A stretch of 64,000 bases of DNA from Acidimicrobiia bacterium (GCA_036005605.1 DASYQJ010000251.1:1105-65104), one strand, 5' to 3'; shown: positions 20,977 to 30,574, numbered from the stretch's first letter. Notes: a model not told the origin generated them from the letters alone. Translations and numbers: made by a program.

Positions 20977-21771
20977 ATGACGACCCGGACGCCGTCCGGG
21001 CAGCCCGGCAGCAGCGCTGAGGGCGAACGACTCCAGAAGGTCCTCGCCCGGGCGGGATTCGGGTCCCGGCGCGCCGCCGAGGAACTGATCGCCGGCGGTC
21101 GGGTGACGGTCGACGGTGAGGTGGCGAGGCTTGGGCAACGCATCAACCCCGACAGCGTGCACGTCGAGGTGGACGGTGTACCCGTCCCCGTGCGCGACGA
21201 CGTCGTGTACTACCTGCTGAACAAGCCGCGCCGGGTCGTCACTACGGCTCGAGATCCCGAGCGTCGAACGACGGCCGTCGACCTCGTGCCGAGCGAGCCG
21301 CGCGTGTTCCCGGTCGGTCGCCTCGACTACGACACGGAAGGGCTCCTCGTCCTCACCAACGACGGCGAGCTCGCGCAACTCGTCACGCACCCGCGTCATG
21401 GCATCGAGAAGACGTACCTCGCCGAGGTCTCGGGCGTGCCCACTCGTGCCACGGTCCGGGCGCTCCGCGAGGGCGTCACCCTCGACGACGGACCGACAGC
21501 GCCGGCTCGCGTTCGCCTCGTGCAGCATCGGGGCGACAACGCCGCGCTCGAGATCGTCCTCCACGAGGGCCGCAACCGCATTGTGCGGCGCATGTGTGAA
21601 GCCGTCGGCCATCCTGTCCGGCGGCTCGTCCGGACACGCGTCGGCCCGATCACGGACCGGCGCCTTGCGCCCGGCGCGTGGCGTGCGTTGCGGCCCCGCG
21701 AGGTCCGGGCCCTGTACGCCGCCGCGACCGAACCCGCAAGGCCCCTGAGCGACGAATCGAACCCCGACTAA
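20977..21771 (+). CDS. rluB: rRNA pseudouridine synthase (RluB/RsuA family)
   Basis: S4 domain (RLQKVLARAGFGSRR) and the catalytic-Asp motif VGRLDYDTEGLL. Confidence 0.9.
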   Translation: MTTRTPSGQPGSSAEGERLQKVLARAGFGSRRAAEELIAGGRVTVDGEVARLGQRINPDSVHVEVDGVPVPVRDDVVYYLLNKPRRVVTTARDPERRTTAVDLVPSEPRVFPVGRLDYDTEGLLVLTNDGELAQLVTHPRHGIEKTYLAEVSGVPTRATVRALREGVTLDDGPTAPARVRLVQHRGDNAALEIVLHEGRNRIVRRMCEAVGHPVRRLVRTRVGPITDRRLAPGAWRALRPREVRALYAAATEPARPLSDESNPD

Positions 21772-21782
21772 TCTCAAGTCGT

Positions 21783-22145
21783 GTGAGACTTCGGGCGCTG
21801 CGCGGCGCGATCACGTGCAACGAGAACACCAAGCAGGAGGTCGAGGAGAAGACCCAGCGACTGGTCAAGGAGCTCCTCGCCCGCAACGAGCTCGAGCACG
21901 ACGACCTCGTCAGCGTCGTCTTCACCGCCACCGACGACCTGACGGCGGAGTTCCCGGCCGCCGCCGCTCGTGGCGTCGGGCTCGGCGACATCCCGCTGCT
22001 GTGCGCGCGCGAGCTCGCCATCGACGATGGGAAGCCCATGTGCATCCGGGTCCTCGTCCATTGCTACACGGAGCGACCCCGCGACGAGCTGCACCACGTG
22101 TACCTCGAGGGTGCACGAACGCTCCGTGACGATCTGCCGGAGTAG
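21783..22145 (+). CDS. aroH: Chorismate mutase, AroH class
   Basis: 120 aa from GTG 21783. LRGAIT, CIRVLV, HVYLEGARTLRDDL closely parallel B. subtilis AroH (IRGATT, CIRVMM, HVYLEKVVVLRPDL). Confidence 0.85.
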   Translation: MRLRALRGAITCNENTKQEVEEKTQRLVKELLARNELEHDDLVSVVFTATDDLTAEFPAAAARGVGLGDIPLLCARELAIDDGKPMCIRVLVHCYTERPRDELHHVYLEGARTLRDDLPE

Positions 22146-22198
22146 TCGCGTGCGACGCCCCGGTCGAGTACCACGTTGAGGCAGAGAGGCGCGGCGCG

Positions 22199-23497
22199 AT
22201 GACCGGAGCCGAGATCACGATCGCGGGCCCGCGACCACTGCGCGGCGCGGTACGCGTCCCGGGCGACAAGGGCATCTCGCATCGTGCATTGCTGTCGGCG
22301 GCGCTGGCTTCCGGGCGCAGCACCATTCGGAGCCTCGCGGACGGCGACGACGTCCAGCGCACGCGCGCCGCCCTCGAGCAACTCGGCGTGCGCGTGAAGG
22401 ACTCCGAACCGTCGACGGTGACAGTGCTCGGAACGGGCGCCGAGGGACTACGCGAGCCGGACGCCGTGATCGACTGCGGCAACTCGGGCACGACGATGCG
22501 CATGCTCGCCGGCCTGCTCGCTGGCCGCCCGTTCCTGAGTGTGCTCAGCGGCGACAGCTCGCTCCAAGGGCGGCCGATGGGACGCGTCGTCCGCCCCTTG
22601 CGCGCATTGGGGGCGCGCGTCGACGGACGCGCGGACGGCGAGCTTGCGCCCCTCGTGATACGGGGCCACGGTCTCACCGGTCGCCGGATCGAGCTCGACG
22701 TCGTGAGCGCGCAGGTCAAGACGGCGGTGATCCTCGCCGGCCTGCAAGCCCAGGGCGCGACCGAAGTCGTCGAGCCAGCGCCCAGCCGCGACCACACCGA
22801 GCGCATCCTCGAAGCGCTTCGAGCACCGGTGACACGCGTCGACGACCGCACGACTCGGATCGAGACGGGGGCGCCGACACCGTTCGAGCTGGACGTGCCC
22901 GGGGACCCGTCATCGGCCGCGCTGTTCGCGGTGGCTGCGTGCATCACACCGGGCTCTTCGGTCGTGGTCGAGGACGTATGCCTCAACCCGCGCCGTTTGG
23001 GTTTCGTCGAGGTGCTCCGAGGCATGGGCGCGCACGTTGTGGCCGTACCGACGGGGGAGCGCCTCGGCGAGCCGGTTGGCCGCCTCGAGGTCGAGGCCTC
23101 GCCGCTCGTCGCCACCACGATCGAGCCCGACGAGGGGATGATCGACGAGATCCCCGTGCTCGCGGTTGCGGCCGCGTTCGCGGACGGGCTCACCGAGATC
23201 CGAGGCATCGCCGAGCTGCGCGTGAAGGAGAGCGACCGCATCAACACGATCCAACAGGAGCTGGCGCAGATGGGCGTCGGCGTCGAGACGAAACCGGATT
23301 CGCTGACGATCCGCGGCGGGAAACCACGGCCGGCGATGTTCAAGAGTCACGACGACCACCGGATTGCGCTGGCAGCGGCAGTCGCCGCGAACGCGATGCC
23401 GGGCGAGTCGACCGTGCGCGGCTGGCACTCGGTCGCGGTGTCGTACCCGCGCTTCGCCGACGACCTCGGGACGGTGGCGGGCGGGAGTAGTTCGTGA
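22199..23497 (+). CDS. aroA: 3-phosphoshikimate 1-carboxyvinyltransferase
   Basis: 432 aa. PGDKGISHR, CGNSGTTMR, ELRVKESDR motifs. Confidence 0.95.
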   Translation: MTGAEITIAGPRPLRGAVRVPGDKGISHRALLSAALASGRSTIRSLADGDDVQRTRAALEQLGVRVKDSEPSTVTVLGTGAEGLREPDAVIDCGNSGTTMRMLAGLLAGRPFLSVLSGDSSLQGRPMGRVVRPLRALGARVDGRADGELAPLVIRGHGLTGRRIELDVVSAQVKTAVILAGLQAQGATEVVEPAPSRDHTERILEALRAPVTRVDDRTTRIETGAPTPFELDVPGDPSSAALFAVAACITPGSSVVVEDVCLNPRRLGFVEVLRGMGAHVVAVPTGERLGEPVGRLEVEASPLVATTIEPDEGMIDEIPVLAVAAAFADGLTEIRGIAELRVKESDRINTIQQELAQMGVGVETKPDSLTIRGGKPRPAMFKSHDDHRIALAAAVAANAMPGESTVRGWHSVAVSYPRFADDLGTVAGGSSS

Positions 23498-24162
23498 TCC
23501 GGGTAGTGGCGATAGACGGGCCCGCGGGATCGGGCAAGTCGACCGTCGCCCGCGGCGTCGCCTCGGTGCTCGGCCTCGACGTGCTCGACACGGGCGCGAT
23601 GTACCGAGCCGTCACGCTCCTCACCATCGAGCGGGGCCTCGATCTCGGCGACGGCGAAGCCATCGCGCGCGCGGCCGAGCAGGCCGTCCTCGAGCTCGGT
23701 GATCCGCCCGGAAGTGTCCGGCTCGACGGCCGAGACATCAGCCGCGAGATCCGCGGCCCGGCGGTGTCGGCGGGAGTTTCGGAGGTGTCCTCGCATCCGG
23801 CGGTCCGCGCGCTCCTGCGCGCCCGGCAGCGGGAATGGGCCGAGCGACGCGGTGGGGGCGTGGTCGAAGGCCGCGACATCGGGACCGTCGTGTTCACCGA
23901 CGCGCCGCTGAAGGTCTTCCTCACCGCTCGCGAGGACGAGCGGGCGCGCCGCCGCCACCGCGACGAGGAGGCCGCCGCCCGCCCCGCCGACTTGGAGTCC
24001 GTGCGCGATGCCGTGGACCGGCGCGACACGCTCGACAACCGGACCACGCCCCTGAACCCCGCCCCGGACGCGGTGGTAATCGACACCACCGGTCGTGACG
24101 TCGACGACGTCGTCAAGGAGGTCGTCGACCGTTTCGAGGCTGCGGTCGGAGCCGAGCCGTGA
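23494..24162 (+). CDS. cmk: Cytidylate kinase
   Basis: P-loop IDGPAGSGKST. GTGA overlap with aroA. Confidence 0.93.
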   Translation: MIRVVAIDGPAGSGKSTVARGVASVLGLDVLDTGAMYRAVTLLTIERGLDLGDGEAIARAAEQAVLELGDPPGSVRLDGRDISREIRGPAVSAGVSEVSSHPAVRALLRARQREWAERRGGGVVEGRDIGTVVFTDAPLKVFLTAREDERARRRHRDEEAAARPADLESVRDAVDRRDTLDNRTTPLNPAPDAVVIDTTGRDVDDVVKEVVDRFEAAVGAEP

Positions 24163-24875
24163 CGGCCGCGCGTCGAGGCGACCTCGGCCAGCGGATCTTG
24201 TACCGGGTCGTGCGGGCGCTCATTCTCACGCCGTTCAAGGCGATCTTCTTGGTACGCGTACGCGGGCGCGAGAAGGTGCCGCGTAGCGGCGCGTTCGTGG
24301 TGGCGCCGTCGCACCGGTCGCTCATGGACATCTTCTTCACCGGGTACATCACCCGCCGCCGCATCCGGTTCATGGCCAAACAGGAGCTGTTCGAGAAGCC
24401 GTTCCTCGCCTGGCTGTTCACCGCGCTCGGCGGGTTCTCGGTCGAACGGGGGAGCGCCGACCGCGCCGCGTTGCGCGCGGCCCAGGAAGCACTCGAGGGC
24501 GGCGAGCCGGTGGCGATCTTCCCGGAGGGGACGCGGCGGCACGGTCGCGACATCGTCGATCTCTTCGACGGCGGCGCCTACCTCGCGACCCGCCTCGGGG
24601 TCCCGATTGTGCCCGTCGGGATCGGGGGCAGCGAGCAGATCCTCGCGTCGGGCAAGACGCTGCCTCGCCCGCACCGCGTCGCGATCGTCGTCGGTGATCC
24701 GATCCAGCCGCCCGACCGCAGTGCCGGGCGCGTGCGTCGTCAGGAGGTCACGGACACGACGGAGAAGGTCCGCGTGGAGCTCCAGTCCTGCTTCGACGAG
24801 GCGCTCGCGCTCGCCGGCGTGCCGTACGCCCCGCCCGCGACGCCGTCAGCGCGCGAGCTCGGCCAACACCAGTGA
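24159..24875 (+). CDS. plsC: 1-acyl-sn-glycerol-3-phosphate acyltransferase
   Basis: HRSLMD (HX4D) and FPEGTR motifs. GTGA overlap with cmk. Confidence 0.88.
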   Translation: MTAARRGDLGQRILYRVVRALILTPFKAIFLVRVRGREKVPRSGAFVVAPSHRSLMDIFFTGYITRRRIRFMAKQELFEKPFLAWLFTALGGFSVERGSADRAALRAAQEALEGGEPVAIFPEGTRRHGRDIVDLFDGGAYLATRLGVPIVPVGIGGSEQILASGKTLPRPHRVAIVVGDPIQPPDRSAGRVRRQEVTDTTEKVRVELQSCFDEALALAGVPYAPPATPSARELGQHQ

Positions 24876-25913
24876 CGCGTCCATCCCCCGGTCGTCGCTG
24901 AACGGGCCGCCGCGGCGGCGTGCCTCCACCGGATCGCCGCCGACCATGAGCGCGGCCAGCCCGTCGAGGGCGGGCACGAGCTCGCGCAGCTCCCGCGGGG
25001 GAGGGAAGTACTCGTCCTCGTCAGTCACGTAGACGGGTTCCACGCCGTCTCTCGGGTCGAGCTTGGCGATCACCGCCTGCACGAGGTCCTCGGGCGCACT
25101 GGCGCCGGCGGTCACGCCGACGACGCTGACGCCCGCCAACTCGTCGACTTCCAGCTCGTCGGGCCCGTCGACGCGCACGACGACGGGACATCCGGCGCTC
25201 CGTGCGACCTTCGTGAGCGCGATGGTGTTCGACGAGTTCGCGCTGCCGATCACCACGACCGCGTCGGCGCGGGTGGCGATGGCCGTCAGCGCGGCTTGCC
25301 GGTTGGTCGTCGCGAAGCAGAGATCGTTGCGCGTCGCCGTCCACAGCTCGGGGAACTGCTCGCGCGTGCGGTCCATGATCCCCTCCCAGTCGTGCATCGA
25401 GAGGGTCGTCTGCGCCAGCAACGCGACCTTCGCGGGATCCTGCACCTCGGGGAGCACGTCATCGAGATCCCCTTCGTGCTCGACGAGCTGCATCGCGTCG
25501 GGCGCGACCGCGAGGGTCCCGATCGCCTCGTCGTGTCCGGCGTGGCCGACGTAGAGGACGGTGAACCCCTTCTCGGCCCGCACCTTCGCTTCGTGGTGGA
25601 CCTTGGTGACGAGCGGGCACACCGCGTTCACCACGAACCGGTTGCGGCTGCGGGCGTGCGCGACGACGTCCGGCGCAGACCCGTGGGCGGAGAGCATGAG
25701 CGGCGCGTTGTCGGGCACTTCGTCGACGTCGTCGACGAAGACGACCCCGAGGTCGCGGAACCGGTCGACGACGAGACGGTTGTGGACGATCTCGTGATAG
25801 CAGTACACCGGCGGCTCGAACACCCGGACCATCCACGCCAAGGCCTTGATCGCCATCTCGACTCCCGCGCAATACCCACGGGGTTGGGCGAGCAGCACAC
25901 GTTCTACAGACAC
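24846..25913 (-). CDS. ispH: 4-hydroxy-3-methylbut-2-enyl diphosphate reductase
   Basis: PRGYCAGV, AVCPLVTKVH, DLCFATTNRQ (three Fe-S Cys contexts). GTG 25913 is preceded by GGGAGA. Has about 40 aa of C-terminal extension. Confidence 0.92.
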   Translation of the reverse strand: MSVERVLLAQPRGYCAGVEMAIKALAWMVRVFEPPVYCYHEIVHNRLVVDRFRDLGVVFVDDVDEVPDNAPLMLSAHGSAPDVVAHARSRNRFVVNAVCPLVTKVHHEAKVRAEKGFTVLYVGHAGHDEAIGTLAVAPDAMQLVEHEGDLDDVLPEVQDPAKVALLAQTTLSMHDWEGIMDRTREQFPELWTATRNDLCFATTNRQAALTAIATRADAVVVIGSANSSNTIALTKVARSAGCPVVVRVDGPDELEVDELAGVSVVGVTAGASAPEDLVQAVIAKLDPRDGVEPVYVTDEDEYFPPPRELRELVPALDGLAALMVGGDPVEARRRGGPFSDDRGMDASLVLAELAR

Positions 25914-25924
25914 GATTCTCCCTA

Positions 25925-25974
25925 TCGCCGTCGCAAGCTCCGGCTTTGCGGCAACGGTCGGCAAAGCCGCCGTC
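25925..25974 (-). promoter_or_regulatory. Conserved 5'-leader element, copy B (candidate H-type pseudoknot upstream of ispH)
   Basis: Minus-strand sequence GACGGCGGCTTTGCCGACCGTTGCCGCAAAGCCGGAGCTTGCGACGGCGA, 47/50 identical to copy A. Same stems as copy A, with one C-to-U change giving a G-U wobble. Confidence 0.4.
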
Positions 25975-26051
25975 CCCCGCGGCCACGGTACCGCCGGACC
26001 CGTTCGGTCCCGACACGGGCTCGTGATCAGGACGTCCCGTAGGATTGCCTC

Positions 26052-27434
26052 ATGCCCCCCGCGCGTGTCGTGGCGGTGGCGCCCGGCTCGCCGGCAGAGT
26101 CGACCGGGATCCAGCCCGGCGACGAGGTCCTCGCCCTCAACGGCGAAGCGGTGCGCGACGTCATCCGCTATCAGCTCCAGGCCGACGAGCCCGTCGTCGA
26201 GCTCGAGGTCCGCCGTGGCGGTCTCGAGCAGCGCACCGTGGTCGAGAAGCAGGCAGGCGCGCCGCTCGGCCTCGAGCTCGACAGCCCGGTGTTCGACCGA
26301 GTGCAGACGTGCGACAACCACTGCCCGTTCTGCTTCATCCACCAGTTGCCCAAGGGCATGCGGCGGAGCCTCTACGTGAAGGACGACGACTATCGGCTGT
26401 CGTTCCTCTACGGGAACTTCACCACTCTCACACGCTTCACCGAAGCCGACCTCGAGCGAGTCGTCACGGAGAACCTCGGCCCGTTGTACGTGAGCATTCA
26501 CGCGACCGATCCCGACGTGCGGACGCGCCTCCTCCGCAACCGCCGCGGCGCAACCAGCCTCCGGTGGCTCGGCGCGCTGCTCGACGCCGGCATCGAGGTG
26601 CACGGCCAGATCGTCGTGTGCCCCGGCATCAACGACGGCGCCGTGCTCGACGACACCCTGCTCGGCATCCTCGACCGGTTCCCCCGGTTGTCGACCGTCG
26701 GGGTGGTGCCCCTCGGCGTGAGCGACCACACAACCGAGCCCGACATGCGCGAGCACTCGGCCGCCGAGGCCGGCGCCGTCATCGATGCTGTCGGTCGCTG
26801 GCAATCCCGGTTCTTCGACGCGCTCGGACGCCGGCTCGCGTTCGCTGCCGACGAGTACTACGTCCTGGCCGGGCGAGCGTTCCCCGACTCTGTCGACTAC
26901 GAGGGTTTCCCGCAGCACGAGAACGGCATCGGCATGGCGCGCGCCTTCGAGGCCGACGTGCGTGCCGCCCTGGCGGGCGCACCGGCGGCGGGCATCGGTC
27001 CTCGGGCCGGGTTCTTCGCCTGGGTCGACGGGGCGCCCGCCGACGGGTACCGGGCGCCGCGGGTGGCCGGTGTGTCGCGCCCGGCACGCTCCACGCGTGA
27101 GCCCACCGCACGGGTCGCGATCGTCACCGGCCAGTACGGCGAGCAGGTGCTCACACCGCTGCTGCCGTTGCTCCGTACCGCGACCGAGTCGGCAGTGCGC
27201 CTCGTGCCGGTTCGCAACGCCTTTTTCGGCGGCAACATCGCCGTGACCGGGCTGCTGACGGGGCGCGACGTGTGCGACGCCCTGGCGTCGCAGCCCCCGG
27301 GCGATCGGTACCTCGTGCCCGATGTCGTGCTTTCACGCGGCCGTTTCCTCGACGGCGCGGCCGTCGACGAGCTTCCCCGTCCGGTCGAGGTGGTCCCCAC
27401 CGACGGCGCGTCACTCGTCGCTGCTCTGCGATGA
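26052..27434 (+). CDS. Radical-SAM-like DUF512 protein with N-terminal PDZ-like domain
   Basis: GIQPGDEVLALNG (PDZ-like) and a CDNHCPFC (CX3CX2C) cluster. 460 aa. Located immediately upstream of der. Confidence 0.8.
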   Translation: MPPARVVAVAPGSPAESTGIQPGDEVLALNGEAVRDVIRYQLQADEPVVELEVRRGGLEQRTVVEKQAGAPLGLELDSPVFDRVQTCDNHCPFCFIHQLPKGMRRSLYVKDDDYRLSFLYGNFTTLTRFTEADLERVVTENLGPLYVSIHATDPDVRTRLLRNRRGATSLRWLGALLDAGIEVHGQIVVCPGINDGAVLDDTLLGILDRFPRLSTVGVVPLGVSDHTTEPDMREHSAAEAGAVIDAVGRWQSRFFDALGRRLAFAADEYYVLAGRAFPDSVDYEGFPQHENGIGMARAFEADVRAALAGAPAAGIGPRAGFFAWVDGAPADGYRAPRVAGVSRPARSTREPTARVAIVTGQYGEQVLTPLLPLLRTATESAVRLVPVRNAFFGGNIAVTGLLTGRDVCDALASQPPGDRYLVPDVVLSRGRFLDGAAVDELPRPVEVVPTDGASLVAALR

Positions 27435-28762
27435 ACGGAGCGCTGCCGGTGGTCGCGATCGTCGGCCGGCCGAACGTGGGCAAGTCGACGCTCGTGAACC
27501 GGTTCGCCGGCGGGCGGCAGGCGATCGTCGAGGCGCAGCCGGGCGTCACCCGGGACCGCAAGGAGCTCGTCGCCGAGTGGGCGGGCCGTGCATTCCGTGT
27601 AGTCGACACGGGAGGGTGGCTCGCCGGCGGCGGCGATCTCGATCAGGAGGTGAGCCGGCAGGCCGAGCGGGCCGTCGCCCAGGCGGACGTGATCATTCTC
27701 GTCGTCGACGTCACCGTCGGCATCACCGACGAGGACGCGCGCGTGGCATCGCTCCTGCGCGGCGCCGCTCCGCCGGCAGTCATCGTCGTCAACAAGGTGG
27801 ACGACGGCTCACGCGAGAGCGACGCATGGGAGTTCACGCAGCTCGGCCTGGGCGATCCGTACGCCGTGTCGGCTTTGCACGGGCGGGGGAGTGGCGACCT
27901 GCTGGACGCGGTGGTGGCGGCATTGCCACCGGAGGCGCGGCCTCCAACCCCAACCGAGGCCGAGGCCGAGCCTGAGGCAGGACCGTTCTCGATCGCGATC
28001 GTCGGTCGGCCCAACGTCGGAAAGTCCACGCTGTTCAACCGGCTCGTCGGCGACGAGCGCGCCGTCGTGCACGACGAGCCGGGCACGACTCGCGACTCGA
28101 TCGACACGGTGATCGAGACGGAGGACGGTCCGCTCCGCTTCGTCGACACCGCCGGCATGCGGCGCCGCAGCCGCATCGACGAGCCGACGGAGTACTACAG
28201 CCTCGTGCGCGCCCTCGAGTCGGTCGACCGCGCCGATGCCGCCCTCCTGGTCATCGACGCGACCGCCGGAGTCACCCACCAGGACCAGCGGCTCGCCGAG
28301 CGCGTCGATGCCGCCGGCACCGCTGCGATCGTGGTGTTGAACAAGTGGGACCTCACGGACGCCGATCAGCGCCGGGACGTGCTGCAGCAGGCGGCGGACC
28401 GGCTCGAGTTCCTCGCCTACGCGCCCCTCGTCAAGGTCTCCGCGCTCACCGGCCGCAATCTTCGCTACGTCCTGCCCGCGCTCCGGGAAGCCGAGGCGGC
28501 ATACCACCGCCGCGTCCCGACGGCGGCGCTGAACCGCGTCATCACCGATGCGCAACAGCGACAGCCACCGCCGGTGGTGCGCAAGCGCCGACCACGCGTG
28601 CTCTACGCCACCCAGGGTGCAGCCGACCCGCCGACGTTCACGTTGTTCGCGACGCACAGGCTGCCGCAGACATACCTCCGCTATCTCGAGCACCGCATCC
28701 GTGAAGCGTTCGAGCTCGGGCCGACCCCGGTCAAGCTCCGCGTTCGGCTGCGCGGTCGGTAG
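27431..28762 (+). CDS. der: Ribosome biogenesis GTPase Der (EngA)
   Basis: Two tandem GTPase domains (GRPNVGKSTLVNRF and GRPNVGKSTLFNRL; DTGG / DTAG) plus a KH-like C-terminus. ATG 27431 (ATGA overlap). Confidence 0.97.
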   Translation: MNGALPVVAIVGRPNVGKSTLVNRFAGGRQAIVEAQPGVTRDRKELVAEWAGRAFRVVDTGGWLAGGGDLDQEVSRQAERAVAQADVIILVVDVTVGITDEDARVASLLRGAAPPAVIVVNKVDDGSRESDAWEFTQLGLGDPYAVSALHGRGSGDLLDAVVAALPPEARPPTPTEAEAEPEAGPFSIAIVGRPNVGKSTLFNRLVGDERAVVHDEPGTTRDSIDTVIETEDGPLRFVDTAGMRRRSRIDEPTEYYSLVRALESVDRADAALLVIDATAGVTHQDQRLAERVDAAGTAAIVVLNKWDLTDADQRRDVLQQAADRLEFLAYAPLVKVSALTGRNLRYVLPALREAEAAYHRRVPTAALNRVITDAQQRQPPPVVRKRRPRVLYATQGAADPPTFTLFATHRLPQTYLRYLEHRIREAFELGPTPVKLRVRLRGR

Positions 28763-28775
28763 CCTGGCGTCTCTC

Positions 28776-30305
28776 ATGGGCGACGACCGGGCTCGTAAGC
28801 ACGTCGAACGCGCGCTGCAAGGCAACCTCGAGAAGGAGCGCGACAAGCTCGCGCGCCAGAACAAGATGTTCGTGCGCGATCGACTGGCGTATCTCCTCGA
28901 CCCCGGCTCCTTCGTAGAGGACGGGCTCCTTGCCAACGCGCTCGCCGATTCGTTGCCCGCCGACGGCGTCGTGACGGGCATGGGACGAATCGACGGGCGT
29001 CCGGTCTGCGTCATGGCGAACGATCCCACCGTCAAGGCCGGATCATGGGGTGCGCGCACTGTCGAGAAGATCGTCCGCCTGACCGAGAGCGCGCTCCGTC
29101 ACGAGGTGCCGGTCGTGTACCTCGTCGACTCGGCCGGGGCGCGCATCACCGACCAGGTCGAGCTGTTCCCGGGACGGCGCGGCGCGGGACGCATCTTCGC
29201 CAACGAGGTGCGCCTCTCGGGTCGGGTGCCGCAGGTGTGCTGCCTCTTCGGCCCGTCGGCGGCCGGCGGCGCGTACATCCCGGCGTTCTGCGACGTCGTG
29301 TTCATGGTCGAGGGCAACGCGTCGATGTACCTGGGCTCGCCGCGCATGGCCGAGGAGGTGATCGGCGAGCATGCGACGCTCGAGGAGATGGGCGGCGCCC
29401 GCATGCACGCGACGACCAGCGGGTCCGGCGACAACCTCGTCGCCGACGACGCCGCCGCGCTCGACGCGGCGAAGCGATGGCTGTCGTACCTGCCCACGAA
29501 CTGGCAAGCGGCGCCGCCGCCAGTCGACGCCGTCGCGCCACGCGCCGGTGCGCCGGGCATCGGGGCCACCGTCCCGGCCGAGGAGCGTCGCGCCTACGAC
29601 ATGCACCGGGTCGTCGACGCGCTCGTCGACGAGGGCAGCTTCTTCGAGATCAAGCCCCTCTACGCCAAAGAGCTGATGATCGGGTTCGGCCGCATGGCAG
29701 GGGAGACCGTGGGGATCGTCGCCAACAACCCGATGCATCTCGGCGGTGTGCTCTTCGTGGACTCGGCCGACAAGGCGGCCCGCTTCATCTGGTTGTGCGA
29801 CGCCTTCAACGTGCCGCTCGTCTTCCTCGCCGATGTGCCCGGCTTCATGATCGGGACTGCGGTCGAGCGCGAGGGGATCATCCGTCACGGCGCCAAGATG
29901 ATCACTGCTGTCACCGAGGCGACGGTGCCCAAGGTCTCGGTGATCGTGCGCAAGGCGTACGGCGCCGGGCTCTACGCGATGTGCGGGCCGGCGTTCGATC
30001 CCGACGCGTGCCTCGCGCTCCCGACGGCGCAGATCGCGGTCATGGGACCGGAGCCGGCCGTGAACGCGGTCTTCTACAACAGGATCCAGGCCATCGAGGA
30101 CGCCGACGAGCGTGCCGCGTACATCGCGGAGCGGCGGGCGGAGTACGAAGCCGACGTCGACCTCGTGCACCTCGCGGCCGAGCTGGTCGTCGACGCCGTC
30201 GTCGAGCCCGACGACCTCCGGGACGAGCTCGTCACCCGCCTCGCCCTGGCTCGCACCCGCCGCCGCGAGGACTTCCAGCGCAACCACGGCGTTCCGCCGG
30301 TCTGA
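28776..30305 (+). CDS. Acyl-CoA carboxylase carboxyltransferase (beta) subunit, PccB/AccD-like
   Basis: 509 aa from ATG 28776. Two crotonase-like halves typical of carboxyltransferases (MGRIDGRPVCVMANDPTVKAGS..., ...GIVANNPMHLGGVL). Confidence 0.9.
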   Translation: MGDDRARKHVERALQGNLEKERDKLARQNKMFVRDRLAYLLDPGSFVEDGLLANALADSLPADGVVTGMGRIDGRPVCVMANDPTVKAGSWGARTVEKIVRLTESALRHEVPVVYLVDSAGARITDQVELFPGRRGAGRIFANEVRLSGRVPQVCCLFGPSAAGGAYIPAFCDVVFMVEGNASMYLGSPRMAEEVIGEHATLEEMGGARMHATTSGSGDNLVADDAAALDAAKRWLSYLPTNWQAAPPPVDAVAPRAGAPGIGATVPAEERRAYDMHRVVDALVDEGSFFEIKPLYAKELMIGFGRMAGETVGIVANNPMHLGGVLFVDSADKAARFIWLCDAFNVPLVFLADVPGFMIGTAVEREGIIRHGAKMITAVTEATVPKVSVIVRKAYGAGLYAMCGPAFDPDACLALPTAQIAVMGPEPAVNAVFYNRIQAIEDADERAAYIAERRAEYEADVDLVHLAAELVVDAVVEPDDLRDELVTRLALARTRRREDFQRNHGVPPV

Positions 30306-30328
30306 TCGCGGGGCGCGACACTGGGGTC

Positions 30329-30574
30329 GTGCCCTGGTGCGCAACCTGCCACCGGTTCCTATCGCCGCCGTCGGTACGAGCGGACGGGACCTGCCCTACC
30401 TGCGGGCGGCCGGTCGAGAGCGGCCATGCCCACGCCGCCGCTACGACGGAGGAAAGCACCAAGCCACGGCGCGCATCCCTGCCGTGGCATCTCTGGTTGC
30501 TCGCCATCGCGCTCGCCGTGTACCTCAGCTTCCGCGCGTGGCAGGGCATCGAGTGGATCATCCAGCAGCTCTGA
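30329..30574 (+). CDS. Small zinc-ribbon membrane protein
   Basis: 81 aa from GTG 30329. CATCHRF...(12 aa)...CPTCG, then the TM helix LWLLAIALAVYLSF. Same frame as a long shadow ORF, so only the tail is called. Confidence 0.5.
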   Translation: MPWCATCHRFLSPPSVRADGTCPTCGRPVESGHAHAAATTEESTKPRRASLPWHLWLLAIALAVYLSFRAWQGIEWIIQQL

